From the NCBI GenBank assembly GCA_044229845.1, contig JBGASG010000007.1, positions 128,001 to 192,000 of the forward strand: DNA of 64,000 nt, given 5' to 3'. Each line of letters begins with the position of its first letter. Position 1 is the stretch's first letter. This document shows positions 50,400 to 60,492 of the stretch, in pieces. The notes beneath the pieces are model-generated. The model was not told the DNA's origin. It saw only the letters and a program-made list of their open reading frames with translations, and did not search any database. The position numbers and the translations under genes were made by a program. The stretch is from Candidatus Obscuribacteraceae bacterium (GTDB lineage: Bacteria; Cyanobacteriota; Vampirovibrionia; Obscuribacterales; Obscuribacteraceae).

Positions 50400-51143
50400 A
50401 TGACGACCTTTACACCCGGACAAACCCAGCAGACGACCCAGGAAATCGACGCGAGAGTGCGCGATTACTTGCCTTTGGTGAGCCAGATTGCGGCTCGCTT
50501 CAACCGGGCGAGTTCGGTCAGCAAGGAAGATCTGGTGCAGGTGGGGGCTTTAGGGTTGCTGAAGGCGATTCGAGGCTATGACCGGGAGCGCTGCAAGAAT
50601 GCCTCGTTCCGAAGTTATGCCACTCTCTTCATTCGGGGTGAGATTCAGCATTACCTGCGCGATCAGGCTTCCCTGGTGCAACAGCCGAGACGTGTAGTCG
50701 ACAGTGCAGCCCGGCTTGCTGTAGCAGAAGAGCAACTGACCCGTGAACTTGAACGCACTCCTGCGGCTGTCGAGCTGGCGATGCGAGCCGGGTTGCCGCT
50801 CCCCGTGGTCGTCGAGGCGCAACAGGCGCGGGATACGTGCACATTTTACGACTCTCTCGATCAGTGCGACACCGGCGAAGATCAGCTGGGCACCTGGAGC
50901 GAACGCCTTCCCGACCGTAATCAGATTGAGAAGATCGAAGAGGCGGAGACGCGGGCGATTGTAGGAAACGCTGTGCGCAGCTTGGGAGCGAAATCGCGCC
51001 AGGTCATCGAGTATGTCTATTTTGATGAGATGACTCAAAAGGAAACAGCCCGGCTGCTTGGTTGGTCGGAGATGAAAGTTTCGCGAGCCGTGCGCAAAGC
51101 GCTGACGAAGCTGAAGGCGATTCTCCTCACTGAGATCTTCTAG
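50400..51143 (+). CDS. sigF: Alternative sigma-70 factor, SigF/SigB family
   Basis: EDLVQVGALGLLKAI, FRSYA..FIRGEIQHYLRD, MTQKETARLLG..EMKVSR. Confidence 0.85.
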   Translation: MTTFTPGQTQQTTQEIDARVRDYLPLVSQIAARFNRASSVSKEDLVQVGALGLLKAIRGYDRERCKNASFRSYATLFIRGEIQHYLRDQASLVQQPRRVVDSAARLAVAEEQLTRELERTPAAVELAMRAGLPLPVVVEAQQARDTCTFYDSLDQCDTGEDQLGTWSERLPDRNQIEKIEEAETRAIVGNAVRSLGAKSRQVIEYVYFDEMTQKETARLLGWSEMKVSRAVRKALTKLKAILLTEIF

Positions 51144-51166
51144 TGCCGGACCGGAGATATGTCGGG

Positions 51167-52828
51167 CTACAGATAGCGAGTTTCATCAAAGGTGTCCGCG
51201 GTAGCAGACTCTTTCGCTTTTTCGCCATTCGCTGTTTCGGGTTGCATAACGTCCTTTTCCGCCTCGGTCTGCGGCGGTTCGCCCAGTGAGAGGCTATCGA
51301 GCTCGGAGTCGATGTCCACTTGCAAATGATGTGCCGAGTCTTCATTGAGAATGCCCTGTTTCACAAGCTCGGCGAGGCAATCCTTGCGTTGCTCCAGGAG
51401 TTGCATTTTGATCTGGTTGTCCTGCATCTCGTTCAATGAGGAATCGGAGACTTGCAGCGTCTCGAGCTCGCTGCTTAGGTTGGCGATGTTCTGTGCGAGT
51501 TCCTGGCTCCATTTTTCGTGTGCGGCCTCGGAAACGCGTCCTTCATCCCTGAACTTGTCCAGTGTCAGTAATTCGGACTTGTAAGCCAGGACCAGTCCCT
51601 TGCATTCCTGGTACCGATTGAGGCTTTCTTTCTTGGGTGCCATGCCCAGTAGGCGAACCATTGGTTCCATCGTCAATCCAGGGACCAGCAGCGTAAAGAG
51701 GACTACGCCGAAAGTCATGTTGATCACTATCTCCCGGTCGGGAAAGTCGAGCGGCAAACTGAGAGCCAGCGCCATAACCAGAGCACCGCGCAACCCGCCC
51801 CAGAACATCAGGTGGCGCCACTTGTCCGGAATCGGCAAACGCTGTGACGAGATGAACGGACAGATGCCATAGACCACCATCAAACGGGCTACGAAGACAG
51901 CCAGCACCGCCAGTCCGATGATACGAGAGTGCTTGAGAAGCAACGACCACTCTACCTGCAAACCAATCAGTAAAAACAGCAACGAATTGCAAAGGAAGGC
52001 GGCATACTCCCAGAAGGAGTTGACCGCCAGGCGAGTGGATGCCGACATGCCGGTGCGGCTGCCGTAGTTGCCTACGACAATGCCGGCGGCAACAACTGCT
52101 ATTACTGAAGATACCTTCAATTGTTCGGCGAGCAAAAATGCACCGTATGCGGTGACCATCGTAAGTGTGATTTCCAGCAGGTGGTCATCGAAAGCACTTG
52201 TGATTCGCGACGCCGCATAGCCAAGCAAGGCACCAAGCGCACCACCGCCCAGCACTACGAGCAGGAAGGTTCCGCCAGTATTGGCGACGGAAAATTGCCC
52301 GCCGGTCAAAACGAGCGCCAGGACGATTTTGAAAAGGACGACCGCTGTGCCGTCATTAAACAAACTCTCGCCTTCCAGGATCATCGTCAACCGTTTGTCG
52401 ATGCCCATTTGCCGGAAGAGAGCGATCACGGAAACCGGGTCGGTAGCCGATACCATCGCCCCGAAGAGCAGAGCAGTCTGGGTGTTCATATTACCTGCGA
52501 AGTGCAAGATCGCAGCCACGCCCACCATGCAGACAACCACACCGACTGTGGCAAGGACGCTGATTGACAGCCAGTCGCGCCGGAGAGCCTTGATGTCCAT
52601 GTTCCATGAGGCTTCGAAAAGCAACGCCGGCAAGAATATGAGTAGCACCATTTCCGGTGTCATTGAAACGGGTGGCAAAACCTTGGAGAGTCCGATCACA
52701 AGTCCGGCTATCACTAGCGCTACTGCATATGGAACTCGAATCCATTTGATTACCACAGCCGTTGCCGAAGCCACTAGAAGTAGTGCCAAGAGCGTGTCCA
52801 GATGAATCGCGGATCCAGCGTGTTCCAT
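51167..52828 (-). CDS. CPA1-family Na+/H+ antiporter
   Basis: FLPALLFEA, ATDPVSV, GESLFNDG, FWEY, GGLRGA. Confidence 0.95.
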   Translation of the reverse strand: MEHAGSAIHLDTLLALLLVASATAVVIKWIRVPYAVALVIAGLVIGLSKVLPPVSMTPEMVLLIFLPALLFEASWNMDIKALRRDWLSISVLATVGVVVCMVGVAAILHFAGNMNTQTALLFGAMVSATDPVSVIALFRQMGIDKRLTMILEGESLFNDGTAVVLFKIVLALVLTGGQFSVANTGGTFLLVVLGGGALGALLGYAASRITSAFDDHLLEITLTMVTAYGAFLLAEQLKVSSVIAVVAAGIVVGNYGSRTGMSASTRLAVNSFWEYAAFLCNSLLFLLIGLQVEWSLLLKHSRIIGLAVLAVFVARLMVVYGICPFISSQRLPIPDKWRHLMFWGGLRGALVMALALSLPLDFPDREIVINMTFGVVLFTLLVPGLTMEPMVRLLGMAPKKESLNRYQECKGLVLAYKSELLTLDKFRDEGRVSEAAHEKWSQELAQNIANLSSELETLQVSDSSLNEMQDNQIKMQLLEQRKDCLAELVKQGILNEDSAHHLQVDIDSELDSLSLGEPPQTEAEKDVMQPETANGEKAKESATADTFDETRYL

Positions 52829-53583
52829 AGCGTGCCGACGAATGTTGCCTACCTTCTCTCCATACCCTGAGGTTTGATGCCAGCAAACGGACTGATAATG
52901 CCCAAACAGACCAGTGTATCGACGGTTTCTTGCAATTGTCTTTCGTCACCATTTTCGGTGCAGCTGAAATGGACGCAGGTTCAAAAACTGCTGGTGAGCC
53001 AGGGTTAATGGACTGGCGCTCATTTCCGGATGTCTATCGAAGTGGGATCGACCGCATGAACGGAGGGATCGGATCGTGAGAACCGGGTACATATGCGCCT
53101 CGCTGATCAATGAGTTGGATTAAATCTGCTTGGAAGCGGGGTTGTCAGTATCGCTGCATGGTTAACACCTGATAAGCTTTGTCGCTGGCAAATGGGTGAT
53201 ATGCCCATTTGATTTCTTCTGGGGAGAAACATGCATGCGGGTATTCGACGAAGCCCCGGTTGCTCTCGATAGTCTGGATGACCACCTGAAAGCCTTGTTG
53301 AGACTGAAACTCAGAGAGTTTGTACACCTGTCTCCATGGTTCAAGGGCGTGCCCACCATAGATTGCAATTACTACGAAGCAACAACCAAGCGGAGTCCGG
53401 TTACCAGACAATTAGAAGCGCACGATTGCCCTCAAAAGGGACATCGACGCATTCATCAGCGTCACCGCCAGGTAATCAGACTGAAATAACTGACCGAAGC
53501 GGACGCTCAACAAAGTAACCCAGAAAGGTGGTGGCGAAAATCTCCACCTTTCTGCCTTTTTGCCGACTGCCGAAGCTCTCGCC

Positions 53584-53617
53584 GTCAGATCTCAACCGAT
53601 ATCGGTTCAGATCTGAC
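53584..53617. repeat. Palindrome copy 2 (34 bp, one mismatch)
   Basis: GTCAGATCTCAACCGATATCGGTTCAGATCTGAC. Confidence 0.93.
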
Positions 53618-53660
53618 ACAGGCTCAATGACAACCCCGACTCGCCAGGTTCCGAGAAACC

Positions 53661-53682
53661 CAACCGATATCGGTTGAGATCT
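53661..53682. repeat. Palindrome copy 3 (left arm degenerate)
   Basis: CAACCGATATCGGTTGAGATCT. Confidence 0.9.
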
Positions 53683-53696
53683 GAGGGGAGTCAGGG

Positions 53697-53733
53697 CGAA
53701 AAAGAAAGGCCAGGCGCGATGCCTGACCTGACT
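53697..53733 (-). terminator. Terminator downstream of tRNA-Pro
   Basis: Minus strand AGGTCAGGC-ATCGC-GCCTGGCCT followed by TTCTTTTT. Confidence 0.75.
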
Positions 53734-53738
53734 GTCAT

Positions 53739-53813
53739 TGGTCGGGACGAGAGGATTCGAACCTCCGGCCTCACCCACCCCAAAGGTGCGCGCTACCCCT
53801 GCGCCACGTCCCG
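53739..53813 (-). tRNA. tRNA-Pro(GGG)
   Basis: CGGGACG acceptor stem, anticodon loop TTGGGGT, T arm GGTTCGAATCC, encoded CCA end. Confidence 0.96.
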
Positions 53814-53909
53814 TAGCACTTACATTATATACGCACTGTATTGATCGCCGGCTGACCGCCACCTTGTCCGCCAGATGAGCGGCGCGGGCGGCGGCTTTTC
53901 TATGTATTA

Positions 53910-56276
53910 TTGGTTGAAGTGTTTCAACCTCTGAAGAAAAATATCTCGATAGATGTCAAAGAACTCTTCCAGTTTCCGCTGGACGAGTTCCAGCTGGAAG
54001 CCATCGAGCACATCGATGAAGGCAAGAGCGTCGTCGTGTGCGCGCCCACGGGTTCAGGCAAGACGGTGATCGCCGAGTATGCTGTCGAGTTGGCTCTGCG
54101 CTCCAACCGCCGCTGTTTCTACACGACGCCGTTGAAAGCGCTCTCCAACCAGAAGCTTTTCGACCTGCGCCAGAAATACGGCGAGGAAAAGGTTGGGCTT
54201 CTGACTGGCGACATTTCGGTCAATCGAGATGCACCGATTGTTGTGATGACCACCGAGGTCTACCGCAACATGCTCTATGGAACCAGTTTTGGTGACGTCA
54301 ACAAGAATTTGGCCAATGTGGCGTCGGTGATTCTGGATGAATGTCACTACATGAACGATGCTCAACGCGGCACCGTCTGGGAAGAGTCGATCATCTATTC
54401 GCCATCTGAGATTCAATTGGTGGCGCTGTCCGCGACGGTTGCGAACGCTGCTGAGTTGACTGAATGGATCGATCAAACGCACGGGCCGACGGCGCTGGTA
54501 AGTTCCACCTTCCGTCCGGTGCCTCTGCGATTTTATTATTTCGGCGGCAGGAAGCTGTTTCCTCTCTTGCGACCGGGCGGCAGCGGTATGAACCCGCAAC
54601 TCAAGTCATTGTTCGGCGGTAAGCAGAAGTTTCCTCGCCGTGGTGGTCCAAGGCGGCGCAACGAAGACATGCCCGATCCGCGCGACGTGCTGATGACGCT
54701 CTATGCCAAAGAAATGCTGCCGGCGATTTACTTCCTTTTCTCCAGACGCGGCTGTGAAGAGTCGATGAAGAAGTGTCGTGGTGTAGTGCTCATTACCGAC
54801 GACGAACGGCGCCAAATCAAGAAGGCTGTCGATGAATTGGTCGCCGATAACGAGAATTTGCGGTCGCATCCGCACTTGCTCTTTTTGTATGAGGGGATGT
54901 CGGTTCACCATGCCGGCATGCTGCCCAGCTGGAAGCATGTGGTTGAGAAACTCTTCCAGAAGGGACTGCTGAAGGTAGTCTTCGCGACCGAAACTCTGGC
55001 GGCCGGGATTAACATGCCGGCGCGCACTACGATCATCAGTGCCATCTCCAAGCGTGCCGATGAAGGACACCGTTCGTTGACCGCCAGCGAATTTTTGCAA
55101 ATGAGCGGTCGGGCCGGACGCCGAGGCATGGACGAGATCGGGCACGTGGTCGTGCTCAGTCATCCATACGAGAGCGTCGAGGATGCGGCCAAGTTGGCCG
55201 CGGCGCCGGCGGATCCCCTGGAAAGCCGCTTCACGCCTTCCTACGGGATGGTGCTTAACCTCTTGCAGCGGCACACTATGGAAGAGGCCAAGGACTTGAT
55301 CGAGCGCAGCTTCGGTCAGTTTCTTCTCCAGCAGCAGCTGGACCCGCTGTTTCTCCAGAAGATGGTGTGGGAACGTGAGCTGGAGAAACTGAAGAACCCG
55401 CTCTGTCCAGGTGAGCTCGGGGACCTGCCGCAATACAATAGATACCTGGAGGCTGCAGCCGCGAAACAGAAACAGATAAAGCATATGGAGCGCTCGTTGG
55501 CTCAGCACGGTGATACCGGTGGTAGTGGCGCAGAGGCTGTGGATGCCTTGAAGGTGGAAAGTGCTGAGTTCACGCAGAAGGCTCATGATATGCCATGCCA
55601 CGGCTGTCCGGAGCAGAAGCCCTGCAGCAAGCAGAGCGACCGGATTAAGGTGCTCGAAAATCGCATACGTGAAATGACGAGACGCATCGGTAAGGAACAT
55701 GGAAAGTATTTTCGTGAGTTCGAATCGCTCTCCAACATCCTGCGCTTGCAAGGCTATCTCGATGGCGGCACCCCGACCAAGCTTGGCGAAATGACGGCGG
55801 CGCTGCGGGCGACGAACGAATTATTCTTGAGTGAAGTGATTGTCAGCGGTGTGCTGAACAAGTTGAGACCGCCGGAACTGGCAGCGGTGATTACCGCGCT
55901 CGTCAGTGAAGAAGATCGAATTGAGTCCGCCATGCGCATCCGTATGGGACCGGCTGCTGACCTGGCTCTCGAGAAGATCAATAAAATCGGGCGCAGCGTT
56001 TTCAGATTGCAGCGCGACTTCGACGTAGAGATTCCGGTCGAGTTCTCACCGATATTTTCCGGGCTCACTCAACTGTGGGCTGATGGTGCGACGTGGGAAG
56101 ATATTCGCCGCACCAGTCAATTTGATGAGGGCGATATCGTGCGAGCGCTGCGCCGCACTGTGGACCTGTGCCGCCAGATTATCCGGGCTCCGAACGTGGC
56201 GGAGGATCTCGTTAATGTGTGCATGGACACAGAGCGCCTGATTGGTCGCGACGAAGTCAAAGAAGACTTTTCCTGA
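53910..56276 (+). CDS. Ski2/HelY-like DExH RNA helicase
   Basis: APTGSGKT, PLKALSNQK, DECH, SAT, HHAG, TETLAAGINMPA, QMSGRAGRRG; C-terminal DEGDIVR. Confidence 0.95.
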   Translation: MVEVFQPLKKNISIDVKELFQFPLDEFQLEAIEHIDEGKSVVVCAPTGSGKTVIAEYAVELALRSNRRCFYTTPLKALSNQKLFDLRQKYGEEKVGLLTGDISVNRDAPIVVMTTEVYRNMLYGTSFGDVNKNLANVASVILDECHYMNDAQRGTVWEESIIYSPSEIQLVALSATVANAAELTEWIDQTHGPTALVSSTFRPVPLRFYYFGGRKLFPLLRPGGSGMNPQLKSLFGGKQKFPRRGGPRRRNEDMPDPRDVLMTLYAKEMLPAIYFLFSRRGCEESMKKCRGVVLITDDERRQIKKAVDELVADNENLRSHPHLLFLYEGMSVHHAGMLPSWKHVVEKLFQKGLLKVVFATETLAAGINMPARTTIISAISKRADEGHRSLTASEFLQMSGRAGRRGMDEIGHVVVLSHPYESVEDAAKLAAAPADPLESRFTPSYGMVLNLLQRHTMEEAKDLIERSFGQFLLQQQLDPLFLQKMVWERELEKLKNPLCPGELGDLPQYNRYLEAAAAKQKQIKHMERSLAQHGDTGGSGAEAVDALKVESAEFTQKAHDMPCHGCPEQKPCSKQSDRIKVLENRIREMTRRIGKEHGKYFREFESLSNILRLQGYLDGGTPTKLGEMTAALRATNELFLSEVIVSGVLNKLRPPELAAVITALVSEEDRIESAMRIRMGPAADLALEKINKIGRSVFRLQRDFDVEIPVEFSPIFSGLTQLWADGATWEDIRRTSQFDEGDIVRALRRTVDLCRQIIRAPNVAEDLVNVCMDTERLIGRDEVKEDFS

Positions 56277-56296
56277 GCGCGCGCAGTCTCACAGTC

Positions 56297-57058
56297 TCAG
56301 TGTTTTGCTGCCGGTGCTTTGGTCTTGAGCCACTCGTCAAGGCTGGTCGGGCAGATCTTTCCGCCTGGTCCTGGCACGAGCTTGTGCTCATCCAGAATCA
56401 CTCCGTAATAGGGAGCATCGGCTGCAGCTGTGATTTGACGCGAATCGCCGGTGGCTTTTAGATACCTTGCGACAAGCTCGTTTTGCGGCAGGCGATCGGG
56501 ACCGGCGATTTCAACGGTGGTGTTCACCGGTGTCTGTGCGCACGTCGATGCCATGACCTCCGCGACATCATCGGCAGCGATGGGTTGCATATGACCGGTG
56601 GACAAGTTGGTTGTGTTGCCCACCGTTGCTGCATCGGCAATGCCGCCCAGGAATTCGAAAAACTGAGTTGCATGCACAATGGTGTACGGAATCTTGCCGG
56701 ACTTGATCAACTTCTCCTGCACCTGCTTAGCTCGGAAATAGCCGCTGTCTTGCAAGCGGTCTGTGCCAACGACGCCAAGCGCAATGTGGTGTTTGACCCC
56801 AGCCTCGCCGCCCGCCGTGAGCAGGTTCTTTGTAGAGACCTCAAAGAACTCCATAACTTCTGTGTCTTCCCAAGAAGGCGCGTTGGAGACGTCGAGAACC
56901 ACATCGGCATCCTTGATTGCTTCTTGCAAGCCTTCGCCTGTGATTGTGTTCACGCCCGACTTACGCGACGCGGGCACGACATCGTGCCCTTGTTTCCGCA
57001 GCCGGTCTACTGTTTTTGCGCCAATCAAGCCGCTGGCGCCAACGACAACAATTCTCAT
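56297..57058 (-). CDS. NmrA-like atypical SDR oxidoreductase
   Basis: IVVVGASGLIG, GYFRAK, ATQFFEF, QPIAADDVA; start ATG 57058. Confidence 0.9.
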   Translation of the reverse strand: MRIVVVGASGLIGAKTVDRLRKQGHDVVPASRKSGVNTITGEGLQEAIKDADVVLDVSNAPSWEDTEVMEFFEVSTKNLLTAGGEAGVKHHIALGVVGTDRLQDSGYFRAKQVQEKLIKSGKIPYTIVHATQFFEFLGGIADAATVGNTTNLSTGHMQPIAADDVAEVMASTCAQTPVNTTVEIAGPDRLPQNELVARYLKATGDSRQITAAADAPYYGVILDEHKLVPGPGGKICPTSLDEWLKTKAPAAKH

Positions 57059-57222
57059 ATGTTCGCCCCCTGGATTGAGCTTTATGACCGCGTCACAATA
57101 GCATGACGCACGCAACAGTATGTCGCTTTCAACCAAAGCTGTTCGTTCCGGGCTTTTGGGTGCATACTAGAGATGTACCATGCTCGAAGAAGCGCACGCA
57201 GCCGTAGTTTTGGAGAATTCCA

Positions 57223-57630
57223 ATGATATTTCGCAATCGCCTGATAGCAGTCGGTGTATTTGCAACGTTGCTTGCACCGGTCGTTTCGTTAGTTACCGAG
57301 CAATCTTGTGACGCGCGTGGCGGCAGGGGTGGAGGCGTCAAGCGGGGTGGCAGCGGGCTGAAACGCGGCGGCAACTTCGGCGGCGGTCGAGGTTTGTCGC
57401 GGCGTGGTGGTCGAGGCGGCTATCGAAACCAGGATCTGAACGGAGACGGTGTCGTCGACCAGGCGGATAAGCGTCAGGCGCGGGGACTGACCAGCTCGAT
57501 GGCAGGTGGTGGCAGCGCCGGGAGTCCTCACGTGAGCGGCGCCGGTGGCAACAGTGGTGTGGGTGGACAGGGTGGCAACGGCGTGACGGTCTACCATCCA
57601 AGTCCAAGCCCGAGTCCGTCGGGACAATAG
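57223..57630 (+). CDS. Small exported Gly/Arg-rich protein with an EF-hand-like loop
   Basis: Signal peptide; RGG-rich tract; DLNGDGVVDQAD; GGAG RBS. Confidence 0.65.
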   Translation: MIFRNRLIAVGVFATLLAPVVSLVTEQSCDARGGRGGGVKRGGSGLKRGGNFGGGRGLSRRGGRGGYRNQDLNGDGVVDQADKRQARGLTSSMAGGGSAGSPHVSGAGGNSGVGGQGGNGVTVYHPSPSPSPSGQ

Positions 57631-57666
57631 ACAAGTAAGCAATCATCGACTTGTCCTGAGACAATA

Positions 57667-59349
57667 ATGTCTATGGACGAGAAACTCGAAAGTCGGCCGG
57701 TTAGCCCTGAAAAAGAGCGCGAAATAGAACTCGTAGTCGGCGGCAACCGCGACTATGGTGCGGCTGAGATTGCGCCGGTGCCGGCCAATTTGCTGGATAA
57801 GTACGAACACGTCGTGCACGTGGCAACAGGCGGCATGGCCTCGGTCTATCGCGGCAAGCATCGGTTGACGGGGCAAAACGTTGCCATCAAAGTGCTCGCC
57901 GACCGGCGCGATCAAAGTGTCGAACGTTTCAAGCGCGAAGCGGCAACCGTGGCGGCCCTGACGCATGGAAACATCGTGCATATCTACGACTTCGGTGTTG
58001 ATGGCGCGGCGTACATAACCATGGAGTACGTTGAAGGACGCTCTCTGTCCGAAGCTGTGCAAGCTGAGGGGAGGCTGTCCCTCGAGCGCTTCTACAAAGT
58101 ATTCGCCGATGTCTGTGCCGGGCTGGCTCATGCCCACCGCAAGGGCGTTGTGCACCGCGACATCAAACCGAGCAATATCCTCATTCAGGAAGTCGCAGCT
58201 GGAGAAGAAACCGCCAAGCTGGCCGACTTCGGATTGGCGAAGGCTCTGGTGGGAGGACCGGGACAGGAGATCTCTCAGACCGGCGAGATACTCGGAACCC
58301 CGCTCTACATGAGCCCTGAGCAATGCATGGGAGCGACAGCAGGCAAGCCATCGGACATCTATTCTCTGGGATGTGTCATGTATGAGTGCCTGACCGGCCA
58401 GCCACCGATCAAAGGCGCCAACTTTCTGGAGACGGTCTGGTACCGGTTGAATGAGAAGCCGAAGTCCTTTGCCGAACTTGGTGTGAAAGCGCCTTCAGCG
58501 CTGGAACGGGTGGTGTTTCGCTGTCTGGCTCAAGACCCGGCCGATCGCTATCAGTCGGTAGAAGCGCTGGCTGCGGACCTCGAATGTTGTCGTCTAAACA
58601 AAGCGATTTCACAGACGGCGCTCATATCTGGCCGACCTGGCAAGCCTCAATCATTTAAGAAGAAGCGGTCTGAGAGAAATGGAGCGTTGCTTGCGGTTTC
58701 AGTAGCGCTGGCGATTATGACTGTTTGTGCGGCATTTCTGGCTGCCAACCTCGCGTATCATGGTCCGGACACCCCGTCTGAACTGGAAGGACGGGATATT
58801 CCTGCCCCTCCGGTTCCCCTGGCGCCGCCCGTTCCCCGCGCACCGCGAGCGGTGCACAAACTGCCGCCACTGGCCTCGAAACTCTTTTTGATGGTTGATC
58901 TTCAGCAAGGTGCGGCGGGACAAAAATCCGACGTCATGGCCTTTCATAATCAAGGAGACGGAGTTTCCGATGCCGACTACGCCAAGCTGATGAGCAACTC
59001 GCAGGTGAAGCTGGAGACTCAGCAATGGGGTGAGTACTACCAGAAGATTTTCGATGAAATGCGTCCGGCGGACGGGTCTATTCCCAAGGGGGCGCGCATG
59101 GAAATGAATGTCGCCATATCTGGTGACGGACAGGTTTTTGCCAATACGAAGTGGGCGGATGCCGGAGATCAGCGAGTGCAGCAGTTTTACAACGAGGTGC
59201 TCATGCAAGCCAAGTCGCTGAGCAAGCAGCCCTGGATCAAGCCGCCGGCCGGCTATAAAGCGGTGGAGTTTTCGTACTGGGTGGAAGGCGATCCGCTGGA
59301 ACTGCGGTTGTCGGTGAACAATCTGAAGCTGGTGCCGGACCAGCAGTAG
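57667..59349 (+). CDS. Hanks-type Ser/Thr kinase with TM helix, Pro-rich linker and unassigned C-terminal domain
   Basis: GGMASVY, VAIK, HRDIKPSN, DFG, YMSPEQ. Confidence 0.95.
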   Translation: MSMDEKLESRPVSPEKEREIELVVGGNRDYGAAEIAPVPANLLDKYEHVVHVATGGMASVYRGKHRLTGQNVAIKVLADRRDQSVERFKREAATVAALTHGNIVHIYDFGVDGAAYITMEYVEGRSLSEAVQAEGRLSLERFYKVFADVCAGLAHAHRKGVVHRDIKPSNILIQEVAAGEETAKLADFGLAKALVGGPGQEISQTGEILGTPLYMSPEQCMGATAGKPSDIYSLGCVMYECLTGQPPIKGANFLETVWYRLNEKPKSFAELGVKAPSALERVVFRCLAQDPADRYQSVEALAADLECCRLNKAISQTALISGRPGKPQSFKKKRSERNGALLAVSVALAIMTVCAAFLAANLAYHGPDTPSELEGRDIPAPPVPLAPPVPRAPRAVHKLPPLASKLFLMVDLQQGAAGQKSDVMAFHNQGDGVSDADYAKLMSNSQVKLETQQWGEYYQKIFDEMRPADGSIPKGARMEMNVAISGDGQVFANTKWADAGDQRVQQFYNEVLMQAKSLSKQPWIKPPAGYKAVEFSYWVEGDPLELRLSVNNLKLVPDQQ

Positions 59350-59680
59350 AGCTTATTGCTGAGCTTCTGCTGAGGCTGAGCTTGCAACGGCATGTGCCTT
59401 TGAATATGGTGGCACATTGTAAAGTTGAATCGCTGAGCTGATCGGGATTTCCGCACTTTCAGATCGGGCTAACAACGGCATTTCGTGCGGCTGAGCAAGA
59501 TATTTCTTCAAAGTCACGGTACCCAGTCCGGTAAAAAGTCACAAGTTAAAGGTATAAAGAAGAAAGCGATGCAGCGACTCACTGCATGCGGCTCACGGAC
59601 CGCTGAGTCATACCGACATCGCATCTGATTTAACTGCCCCGCGCCGTGAGCGAGGCGGATCTCGCTGAGGTAAACCCTGA

Positions 59681-60478
59681 ATGAGCAACAAGAAGCATTG
59701 GCTGGCACTGGCTGCACTGGTTTCGTTTCTCGTCCCCGCCGCAGCCTCGGCAGATGCTTACTCGGACGGTTACCTGCGCAACTACGGCTCCGCAAAACCA
59801 ATGGTCTCTTCTGGCAGTCTGCGCCAAGTGCAGATGTCACCGGTTGTGGCCGTCGGCGGCATGTCGCTGAGCGCCGCCAATGCGGCCGGTGACTACATGC
59901 ACGATGTTTGCAAAGAAGGCACGTTCACCTGGACTAGGGACAGGTTTCCACTTAAGGTGTATATCGAAGACGGAGCAGTTGTCCCCGGCTATCGCCCGAA
60001 CTTCAATCAGTTCATCGTTGATGCATTCAATACCTGGGATCAGGTGACCAGCCACAAGCTTTCCTGGTCGCAAGTTTCATCGCCTCAAGACGCCGACATC
60101 ACAATCCGCTGGACCGATGCCGTTACCGAACGTGTGGAAGGCACCGAAGCCGGACGCACGGCGGCCGTGACTCGACTGAATCCGGCTACCGGGCTAGGCA
60201 CCATATCTGGTGCTAAGATGCAGTTCTTGACGCGCCTGCCGCAAAGACAGTTTTCCGACGACGAAGTGAAAAAGACCTGCCTGCACGAGGTCGGTCACGC
60301 ACTCGGTCTGCAAGGGCATTCAACCAATCGCAACGACATCATGTATTACGCGGTTTCGCCTACGCAAGGAACGCTTACGGCTCGCGACATCAACACGATG
60401 AACAAGCTGTACGACACTTACCCGGCGAACTCAGCTGCGACCATGGTTACTCTGGGACCGAAGCCGCGCCGCAATTAA
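59681..60478 (+). CDS. Exported matrixin-family metalloprotease (paralogue of 5445..6323)
   Basis: HEVGHALGLQGHS plus DIMY; signal peptide; FPLKVYI. Confidence 0.9.
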   Translation: MSNKKHWLALAALVSFLVPAAASADAYSDGYLRNYGSAKPMVSSGSLRQVQMSPVVAVGGMSLSAANAAGDYMHDVCKEGTFTWTRDRFPLKVYIEDGAVVPGYRPNFNQFIVDAFNTWDQVTSHKLSWSQVSSPQDADITIRWTDAVTERVEGTEAGRTAAVTRLNPATGLGTISGAKMQFLTRLPQRQFSDDEVKKTCLHEVGHALGLQGHSTNRNDIMYYAVSPTQGTLTARDINTMNKLYDTYPANSAATMVTLGPKPRRN

Positions 60479-60492
60479 CTAAAGCAGAGCAA

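Noticed and set aside
52829..53000. Possible fluoride, Na+ or Li+ riboswitch upstream of the antiporter
   Set aside because: No consensus elements recognisable on the coding strand
53584..53682. Palindrome pair as a mini CRISPR array or as the chromosomal dif site
   Set aside because: Only two unequal copies, no cas genes, and other copies are dispersed; the arms do not resemble the XerD arm TTATGTTAAAT and dif is normally single-copy
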